From Bacteroidetes bacterium GWE2_42_24 (lineage in GTDB: Bacteria; Bacteroidota; Bacteroidia; Bacteroidales; TTA-H9), in NCBI GenBank assembly GCA_001768515.1, contig MEOA01000020.1, positions 5,873-69,872 on the forward strand: a DNA stretch of 64,000 nucleotides, written 5' to 3'. Position 1 is the stretch's first letter, and the number at the start of each line of letters is the position of its first letter. A model generated the notes under the pieces. It saw only the letters and a program-made list of their open reading frames with translations. It ran no database searches and was not told where the DNA came from. This document shows positions 57,006 through 64,000 of the stretch, piece after piece. A program made the position numbers and the translations under genes.

Positions 57006-57166
57006 TGCTTTGGCGATAGCTATTGCTATGGCTGCTGATGCGAGATGTTGGTAGGACGATAATTATAAGGAGAACCACAGAATTAGGATTTTCTTCTCTG
57101 TGGATTTTTACATTAGCGATAGCTTTGGCTTTGGCTGCGGATAGCTATCGTCCCGAAGGCAATGGC

Positions 57167-57577
57167 TTATTCCAATTCGCCCTCTATCCTTAGAATGACT
57201 TTTTGAAGTTTTAATCTAACCTCATCTGCAATACATTTCAGGTCGGCGTTTTTTACCGTTGCCATCGTCATCATGGTATCAACTACGGCGATCTCGATGA
57301 CGCCATCCTCAGATTCCCGAATTACTGTATTGCAGGGCATCAACAACCCAATGAATGGTTCATGCTGCAGGGCTTTAAAGGCCGATTGTACCTGACATGC
57401 GCCCAGTATCTTATATGGCCTGATGGTTGCTCCCAGCTTTTCCTGCATCTTGCTCTTGAAATCAATTTCACTGACGATTCCAAACGATTCTGCCTGTAAG
57501 GCCTCTCTCAGGCGGGCTTCGCCTTCTTCAAATGTCCCGTTTATACGAGTCGAAAAATAGTAATTACCTGTATTCAT
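57167..57577 (-). CDS. DUF302 domain protein
   Basis: 136 aa with the blocks GFGIVSEIDF, YKILGAC and LLMPCNTVI. Confidence 0.75.
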   Translation of the reverse strand: MNTGNYYFSTRINGTFEEGEARLREALQAESFGIVSEIDFKSKMQEKLGATIRPYKILGACQVQSAFKALQHEPFIGLLMPCNTVIRESEDGVIEIAVVDTMMTMATVKNADLKCIADEVRLKLQKVILRIEGELE

Positions 57578-57783
57578 TCAATTTCTGATTTTCCTGACAG
57601 GTGCCAAAGCACCTATAGGGTTATACGATGAATCTTCCTTTCACGCGTAAATAACCAACAGAAGTTTATTTTATTTGTTCATTGCACGCCCGTCAGTTAT
57701 ATGCCTGCTCTTCACGTTTTGTCAGAAAAAAACCGGATGTTGAGCATGATGTCAACGTCCGGCTGATTAGAGGGGCCTGTCAT

Positions 57784-60129
57784 TTAATTTACCACCACCT
57801 CATCTATGAACAGCCACGCGGGCTCTCCCGGGTAGAGATGATTGGCGGGCAAAGGCCCTCCGTTCTTGATCTTTAGTTTGATGAAGCGACAGTTCTGCTT
57901 CTTGACCTGAATCACCAGATTGTTTCGAAGCACGGTATCAGCCGGGGTAACCATGCTTACTGAAAGTTCATTTGATTGCGCGTATTTTCCACTGAAGTCT
58001 GCTACCTCAAGTACGATTGATTTGGGTAACATAATCCAGGCTTTAAGGTTCTGGAGAAAAGCTACTTCAATGTTCCTTACCATCTGCTCCTTGCCCAGAT
58101 CGATCGTTATTTCAATGTCGTCGCCTTCAAAACCAAGCCAGCAGCCATCGTTATGGTTTACACTCCCAAGTGTGGCATCTGTCAGACTTTGTATTCCACG
58201 TGCCTGATATTTGAAGCTGGGGGCTGGCGAAACCTCACACTTTAACCCGGTTGCTGAATGAAGGGCAAAAGCGCGTTCTGATACCTTGCCCAATTGCTTA
58301 CCTTCTTTAAATATGGCGGCTTTGATGGTGCATGAAGCCGGAATTTCAAATGGAGCAGAATAGACTACACTTGTAGCCGTGGGATCGTTGCCATCGGTTG
58401 TGTACCTTATTTCGGGTTTGTAAAGCTCGGTCTCCATGCCCACCATCAGCTTCCCGGTGCTCTCGTTGCGCGAAAGGCTGATGTCAACACGGGTTGATTG
58501 TTTTCCGTAGTTTACTTTCAACTGATCAAGTATGGCAAATTGGTGATCCATCCGGCGGATGAAATCATTATAATCGCGGTTCTCTTTTTCCGTCCAGTTT
58601 ACTTCTGCCAGGGCAATCATCCTGGGGATAGCCATGTATTCGGCATGTTCGGGGGTAGCAATAAATTCTGTCCAGACATTTCCCTGCGCTCCAAGAATGT
58701 GCCTGGATTCCATTTCGTTGAGAACAGGTGGCACAGGTTCAAAACTGTACACCTTTTTCAATGTCACGAAACCACCTATTGCAAGCGGCTCACCTTCCGG
58801 TTCTGCCTGATAGTAATCGAAATAGCAATAGGAGGTGGGTGTCATGATCACATCATGTCCCATTTTGGCAGCTTCAATGCCTCCTTCCATACCACGCCAA
58901 CTCATCACCGTGGCCTCAGGGGCAAGTCCTCCTTCAAGGATTTCATCCCAGCCAATCATCTTTTTGCCTTTGGCTGTCACCATTTTCTCAACTCGTTTAA
59001 TAAACCAGCTTTGAAGTCCGGCTTCATCTTTCAAATGTTCGGCAGAGATCCGTCGTTGACACTTTTTGCAAGCTGACCATCGGGTTTTGTCGGCTTCATC
59101 GCCTCCGATATGAATATATGGTCCGGGGAAAAGATCAGCCACCTCGGTCAGAACGTCATCGATGAAAGTAAAGACATCGTCATTGCCTGCGCACAGGATG
59201 TCAACATTGGGCCAATAGGTGCCCGGCTGAACGGGCAGGGTGTCGCCTTTGCACGACAGGTTAGGGTAGGCGGCGAAGACTTCACATGAATGTCCCGGCA
59301 TTTCGATTTCAGGAATGATGGTGACGTAACGTGAGGCAGCATACCGAACCACTTCGCGGATTTCTTCCTGAGTGTAGAAGCCGCCAACAGTGGCTTTCTC
59401 TCCCGGTTGCGGAGGTGTTACCTCATTCCAGAGCTGGTTATTTCTATCTACATGCCATGCCGACTTTTCCGTCAGGCCGGGGTATTTTTTGATCTCGATA
59501 CGCCAGCCATTGTCGTCGGTCAGATGCCAATGGAAGGTGTTCATCTTATAAAATGATAAGAGGTCGATGTATCTTTTGATGAAACTCACCGGGAAGAAAT
59601 GGCGCGAGACATCGAGGTGCATGCCCCTGTAGCTGAATCTGGGTTTATCTGAGATGTAGGCCGACTTCACCTCAATGGATTCGGCTTTACCCGAAAATAT
59701 TTCTAAAGGAAGTAACTGTTTGAGACTTTGTATTCCGTAAAAAATACCGGCACCCGTGTTAGCATGAATAAGTATGCCGTTCGGCTCAACCTTTAGCTTA
59801 TAGCCTTCTTTGCCATATCCGGAGTCAGCCTGAAAAGTGCTCAGCAGAATGTAATTATCAAGCGATTCGCCGGTCGAAAATGCCATTGTTTCAACCTTAA
59901 ACCCCGATGCTTTCGAGATGAACGCCGACAATGAATCCGCCAGTTGTTGCAACTCCGGCGTCTCAGGTTGAATGATAATCCGGGTGTTTGCTGAAATTTT
60001 AAAGCTGCCTCCATCGTTTTGGTAAAAGGTGGAAGGTGCCGGTACGATGTTCCGCTTGTCTTCACGGTGACCCGAGCAGGCGTATGTCAGAGCCAGGATT
60101 GCAAACAGCCGGTAAATGTTTTTTTTCAT
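57784..60129 (-). CDS. GH20 beta-N-acetylhexosaminidase with a C-terminal F5/8-type-C-like carbohydrate-binding domain
   Basis: 781 aa with a lipoprotein-like signal (LTYACSG). Motifs include RGMHLDVSRHF, FHWHLTDDNGWR and the catalytic HIGGDE. Confidence 0.9.
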   Translation of the reverse strand: MKKNIYRLFAILALTYACSGHREDKRNIVPAPSTFYQNDGGSFKISANTRIIIQPETPELQQLADSLSAFISKASGFKVETMAFSTGESLDNYILLSTFQADSGYGKEGYKLKVEPNGILIHANTGAGIFYGIQSLKQLLPLEIFSGKAESIEVKSAYISDKPRFSYRGMHLDVSRHFFPVSFIKRYIDLLSFYKMNTFHWHLTDDNGWRIEIKKYPGLTEKSAWHVDRNNQLWNEVTPPQPGEKATVGGFYTQEEIREVVRYAASRYVTIIPEIEMPGHSCEVFAAYPNLSCKGDTLPVQPGTYWPNVDILCAGNDDVFTFIDDVLTEVADLFPGPYIHIGGDEADKTRWSACKKCQRRISAEHLKDEAGLQSWFIKRVEKMVTAKGKKMIGWDEILEGGLAPEATVMSWRGMEGGIEAAKMGHDVIMTPTSYCYFDYYQAEPEGEPLAIGGFVTLKKVYSFEPVPPVLNEMESRHILGAQGNVWTEFIATPEHAEYMAIPRMIALAEVNWTEKENRDYNDFIRRMDHQFAILDQLKVNYGKQSTRVDISLSRNESTGKLMVGMETELYKPEIRYTTDGNDPTATSVVYSAPFEIPASCTIKAAIFKEGKQLGKVSERAFALHSATGLKCEVSPAPSFKYQARGIQSLTDATLGSVNHNDGCWLGFEGDDIEITIDLGKEQMVRNIEVAFLQNLKAWIMLPKSIVLEVADFSGKYAQSNELSVSMVTPADTVLRNNLVIQVKKQNCRFIKLKIKNGGPLPANHLYPGEPAWLFIDEVVVN

Positions 60130-60155
60130 GGTAATCAGGTTTGTAGTTTAAGGCT

Positions 60156-61268
60156 TCAGGTACTCAAGGTAAGAACAATTCGTTGCATTTCGGGGAGTTT
60201 CACTGTTATTGCGGCCGCCTGGGCGTATTGGGCTTTTGCCCTCAGGAGGTTGTGGTCAGGATAGTTTATCTTGTAGTATGCATCACCTGCCAGATAATCG
60301 GTCAGGAAGCGAAGTCCGATGGTAAAGGTAAGGATTTGCGTTGATGCCGGAATGAGGGAAATTTCTTTTTCGGTTAAAATCGTCCTGGCTTTTTCAAGAT
60401 ACCCTTTCAGGTATGATTCGAATAAACCGATGTCTATACCGCACCGCGACAGATCTGTCTCATCTTCTTCGGCCAGACTGGCTGAGGTGCGAATGGCATC
60501 GCCGAAATCGTGGAGTATGCACCCCGGCATCACGGTGTCGAGGTCAATCATACAACAGGCTTTCCCGCTCGCGTCGAACAGGATGTTGTTTACCTTGGGA
60601 TCGTTATGGACAACTCTTACAGGTAATTGGTTGCTGTCGGTAAGCCGATCAATGGCCTGGACCTTTTCTGCAAACTCCTGCGTGTAGCTGATCAGATCCA
60701 ATGACTTCCTAAGGCGTGTTTCATCGGCCTTTTCAAGTATTGTGTGAAAAGCCGCCAGGCGCTTTCCCACGTGGTGAAAGTGGGGCAGGGTGGGAGTGAG
60801 CCTGTTGGCGTCGAAGTCGTTGAACATGGCATGAAACGCGCCCAACGCTTTCCCAGCTTCAAATGCCTGAGTCTGATTGATGAGTCTGTTGTGCGTAAAC
60901 GAATTTTCCACCAGCTCCATGGCCCGCCAATATCCCTGTTCCGGGTCGCCGGTAAGCAGTTTTCCGCTGGTGGTGGTGATAAACTTTAATATCCTGTAAC
61001 CATATACCTCTTTTTTATCCTCAAGGTGAGCGGTCACCAGCCGGATGTTCCGCATCAGGGCTTCCACATCCGGGAAGATATGATGGTTGATCCGCTGCAG
61101 AACGACAGGTCGTTTCAGTGCACCGGAAGTGATCAGGAAGGTGTCGTTGATGTGTCCTGACCCGAATGGACTGACTTCAAAATCAGCGTGATCCGGCAAA
61201 AAGGCAATCGCTGACTCTCTGGCACTTCGCGTTTTTTCGGGTACTATTTCCGGCAGGCAGTGGTTCAT
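60156..61268 (-). CDS. APH-fold sugar kinase resembling N-acetylhexosamine 1-kinase (NahK-like)
   Basis: Catalytic loop VVHNDPKVNNILFD and metal-binding IDLDTVMPG. The start at MNHCLPE (61268) overlaps the upstream stop (ATGA). The track ORF extends to 61364. Confidence 0.7.
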   Translation of the reverse strand: MNHCLPEIVPEKTRSARESAIAFLPDHADFEVSPFGSGHINDTFLITSGALKRPVVLQRINHHIFPDVEALMRNIRLVTAHLEDKKEVYGYRILKFITTTSGKLLTGDPEQGYWRAMELVENSFTHNRLINQTQAFEAGKALGAFHAMFNDFDANRLTPTLPHFHHVGKRLAAFHTILEKADETRLRKSLDLISYTQEFAEKVQAIDRLTDSNQLPVRVVHNDPKVNNILFDASGKACCMIDLDTVMPGCILHDFGDAIRTSASLAEEDETDLSRCGIDIGLFESYLKGYLEKARTILTEKEISLIPASTQILTFTIGLRFLTDYLAGDAYYKINYPDHNLLRAKAQYAQAAAITVKLPEMQRIVLTLST

Positions 61269-62176
61269 TTCCAGAGGTTTTCCGGATAAATTCCTTTGCT
61301 GGTCAGCCGACGGATGCTGTCGACGGCTGTCGGACGATCTTCGATATAAGTAACCCCAAACCATTGCTCATCGGTGGGGATAACCCTGAAACGAGCTTCT
61401 CCGCTTGCTATCAGTGCATCGGCGATGGTAGGGATGTAAAACTCCGATTTTTCCTCTTGCCCGCGTTTTTGAAGGAAGTCAACCAACAGGGCATCTATGT
61501 CGTTGAATATTTCGGGACCGAAAGCCCATGTATTCATCGAAACCAGGGTTTCAGCATCGAGGGTTACCCATGTGCCATCGGCGGCATCGGTTCCTATCGC
61601 CCCTGTTTCGTTACGCCTGATGTGGTGCGTCTCGGTGACGGTCTTCAGGTATCCCTCTTCATTCACTTCACATACGCCACGCGATACGCCGCCAAACTCC
61701 GACAGGGTGTTTTTAACCTTGTAGCCCGCGAGAGCATAGGTGCGCTCAGAACTACCTATGGCTGCTTTAAAGAAATTGGCCATCAGGCTGAAGGCACCTG
61801 CCCCGTAAAAGTCGTCGGCATTAATCACCACGAAGGGCTCGCTGATCACGTCGCGCGCCATGAGCATAGCATGGGCTGTTCCCCACGGCTTGGTACGCGA
61901 GGCCGGAGCCTTGAATCCTCCGGGAAGGTTTGATAGCTCCTGAAAAACATATTCAACCTTGATACGGTTTCCAAACCTTCCATCGAAGAAGGCACGGAAT
62001 TCCTTTTCGATCTCGTGCCTGATGATGAAGACAACCTTCCCGAATCCGGCTCTGATGGCATCATAGACCGAATAATCGAGGATGGTCTCCCCCGAGGGGC
62101 CTAAAGGGTCAAGTTGTTTTAGCCCGCCATAGCGACTGCCCATTCCCGCGGCTAGTATCAGAAGTGTAGGTTTCAT
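61265..62176 (-). CDS. Sugar-1-phosphate nucleotidyltransferase
   Basis: It has the N-terminal loop LILAAGMGSRYGGLKQ, the block PWGTAHA and INADDFYG. The start is taken at MKPTLLILAAG. Confidence 0.7.
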   Translation of the reverse strand: MKPTLLILAAGMGSRYGGLKQLDPLGPSGETILDYSVYDAIRAGFGKVVFIIRHEIEKEFRAFFDGRFGNRIKVEYVFQELSNLPGGFKAPASRTKPWGTAHAMLMARDVISEPFVVINADDFYGAGAFSLMANFFKAAIGSSERTYALAGYKVKNTLSEFGGVSRGVCEVNEEGYLKTVTETHHIRRNETGAIGTDAADGTWVTLDAETLVSMNTWAFGPEIFNDIDALLVDFLQKRGQEEKSEFYIPTIADALIASGEARFRVIPTDEQWFGVTYIEDRPTAVDSIRRLTSKGIYPENLWK

Positions 62177-62445
62177 GTATATTATTTCGTTAGTTCTGAA
62201 GTATTTGACCGCCATTTCTGAGAATACGGCTTACAACGTAAAAGTGTTGTAATTCAAAGAAGACGATCTTTTAATGAAGAGCAAATTTAAATGAAACCAT
62301 TGGAAAGGCAATATCAAGTGACGGGTAAGTCATGATTTCAAAAAATCTCATGCTGAAATTAAGATCGTTAGCCCTCTAATGATGCGTGAAGGCCTGTTTT
62401 TTTTGAAAATCGTTTTGAAATATTTGCAGAAATGAAAAGTCGCTG

Positions 62446-62453
62446 TATCTTTG
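62446..62453 (+). promoter_or_regulatory. Bacteroidota -7 box (TAtcTTTG) upstream of tRNA-Val
   Basis: gtatctttgcaccg lies about 53 nt upstream of the tRNA. A TTTG motif sits about 30 nt further upstream. Confidence 0.5.
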
Positions 62454-62506
62454 CACCGCGATTGACGCCTGCCGTGAAGGCTCACTTGCACAGTTCATCA
62501 GAGATT

Positions 62507-62581
62507 GGGAGCATAGCTCAGTTGGTTTAGAGCATCTGCCTTACAAGCAGAGGGTCACAGGTTCGACTCCTGTTGTTCCCA
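62507..62581 (+). tRNA. tRNA-Val (anticodon TAC)
   Basis: Cloverleaf: acceptor GGGAGCA/TGTTCCC, anticodon arm TCTGC-CTTACAA-GCAGA, T-arm ACAGG-TTCGACT-CCTGT. Confidence 0.9.
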
Positions 62582-63196
62582 CGAAAAATCAGGGTTTTTG
62601 TGTTTTGTATATCAAATGATTACAAAATATAAAAGCCCTTTTTATTTGTATGCTTATCCACCTGTTTTAACTCCCTTGATCAGCTTCAGCCACCTGCATT
62701 TTACGATGCCGGTTACAATACTGATGTCTTAGCCTGTGCCGGCCCGCATAAGTAACCACAAGAATCTGAATACCCGCCCACCGGCCATCCTGCACAACCC
62801 TGCTCTAAACAAAACTGCGCCTGCCCCGGATTGCCTTGTCATATCGCGATGCCCTTCTTTGAAGGTACCTCGCCATGACAAACCCGCATAAACTGTTCCG
62901 GCAGCCCGACTCTGACTCATGAGCGTAAGGATAGCCACCGGCATCTGGCCAATGAGAACAGGCAACCCAGATGCTCAATCCTGCTGAATTCTTAAGTCGG
63001 GTGGTTCTCCGTCGACGCTCATCCCCCTATCCCTCCAATGTATTTTTAAGGTTTACCGGTCACGGGATGCCACGTTGTGAAAAACAGAGGCTGATTTTGC
63101 CAGGCAATCAGTCAGGGAGTTCTGCCCGATGACCTGGTACTGTCAATGCTGTGGGAAGCTCCTTTGGGCGATCGTCTTTGCTGCGGAAAATCTGCC

Positions 63197-63412
63197 GGTA
63201 TGAACCCAAAAATACTTAGAAACCAACATTATTCTACAACAAAAAATAGAATTGCTAAAGTGTTGACAAACAGTGGCCAAATATATCATCGGTTCGTTCA
63301 AGCTTCGAAGTGGCTTCGAAGCGGGTTCGTTGCTTTTTCGTTTTTTCACGAAACCACAACGAAGCAGCACCGAATAGACCCTGACTTTTGTGTAACACAG
63401 GTATAAATACAT
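63197..63412 (+). repeat. Non-coding repeat 'element A', copy 2
   Basis: It aligns with the reverse complement of 6000-6200. It contains four to five 11-nt periodic units (ggttcgttcaa, gcttcgaagtg, gcttcgaagcg, ggttcgttgct) at 63291-63334. Confidence 0.75.
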
Positions 63413-63472
63413 CCTTTTTGATACTTATTGGAAAATCCTATTCAGAAAGGGAAATGATTGGATACGCCGTTA

Positions 63473-64000
63473 CCGGAAATAGCCTGACACAGAGGCAGAG
63501 ACAAGACATGCCTTGTCTCTGCCTCTAATTCTAAATTCACTGATGAATTGTTGGAGAAATCCCTGGTGGTCGGCGAGGGGATATCGCGACATTACCGTTG
63601 AGAAAATTGCTGTAAAATTGTCGCTACTAAAATCGTGCCAAATATTTTCTATAGTTATATTTTCTACATATAAAATATACTCCATAATTACTACAATCAT
63701 AGGCGATACATAAGAAAATCCTATCTTTGTCCTAACTCTGATCCATCTTTGTCCCCTCTCAGACGTATTTTTAATTCGTAAATAACATATAATCAATTAA
63801 ATAAAAAATTGTGCTTTGCGATATAAGTCACGAAAAAATTTTGAAAAAAAGTTGAAATATTTTTTCTGGAAGGATTAAACAGGCATAAAAATACGTTCAA
63901 AATTTGGAATTGCATTCAGGGGGTGGACGATAAAAAAGGTTGGCATCGTTTCCTCATACAATTTAATAAATGGTTTAGATGAAGGTTGGGTGATATGTAA
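63473..64000 (+). repeat. Non-coding paralogous segment 'element B', copy 2 (truncated by the window end)
   Basis: See 8-540. It contains the conserved candidate -7 box tatctttg at 63722-63729. Confidence 0.7.
63491..63526. other. Perfect 15-bp inverted repeat (hairpin or palindromic element)
   Basis: agaggcagagacaag, then the loop acatgc, then cttgtctctgcctct. It is inserted in copy 2 of element B; the equivalent place in copy 1 (about 17-55) has unrelated sequence. Confidence 0.85.

Noticed and set aside
62729-62965. A 78-aa ORF in the G+C-rich tract after tRNA-Val.
   Set aside because: Its Arg/Gly/Ala-rich composition is typical of a spurious ORF in GC-rich DNA. I saw no start context or recognisable motif.
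1-64000. The direct repeats at both window edges (element B) might be the boundaries of a 63-kb genomic island or integrative element.
   Set aside because: The interval contains core housekeeping genes (metK, rplM, rpsI, rpsB, tsf, HU, mtaB, tRNAs). It has no integrase, transposase or conjugation genes. The repeats are diverged rather than identical. A dispersed repeat family is the simpler explanation.

Overview
The window is a chromosomal segment with Bacteroidota hallmarks. These include TAnnTTTG-type -7 promoter boxes, T9SS C-terminal sorting domains, a GldA-like ABC ATPase and many lipoprotein or secreted ORFs. All calls come from reading the sequence and the supplied translations; no searches were run.

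The core backbone includes:
- metK, rplM-rpsI, rpsB-tsf, an HU gene, mtaB, tRNA-His(GTG) and tRNA-Val(TAC).
- A MacA/MacB-permease/TolC-like efflux operon and a 2-Cys peroxiredoxin.
- A pnuC plus NadR-type kinase pair, and several peptidases and hydrolases.
- A GH20 / HexNAc-kinase-like / nucleotidyltransferase operon.

The most interesting locus is a four-gene minus-strand operon at 46592-52600. It encodes, in order:
- a TolC-like outer-membrane protein fused to a GH18-like TIM-barrel domain;
- a HlyD-type membrane-fusion protein;
- a receiver-like / five-CxxC zinc-ribbon / degenerate-GGDEF protein;
- a processive GT2 synthase with a QRLRW motif.

A REC-PAS-histidine kinase (52907-54502) is transcribed divergently from this operon. 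Together they look like an uncharacterised tripartite synthase-dependent exopolysaccharide secretion system. Its parts list resembles Shewanella mxdABCD, Sinorhizobium bgsBA and the cyanobacterial tripartite cellulose system.

Other notable items:
- A tandem array of four two-component genes (24956-32119) with no DNA-binding output. One atypical receiver gene in it is split by a frameshift at an A7 tract.
- A HEPN-like (RNAIVH) plus CBS-pair protein in an ORF-poor accessory patch.
- Non-coding repeat families: element A with 11-nt periodic GCTTCG arrays, a >500-nt element B present at both window edges, and a CGATAGCTATCG palindrome family.
- A relatively G+C-rich, ORF-less tract directly 3' of tRNA-Val.
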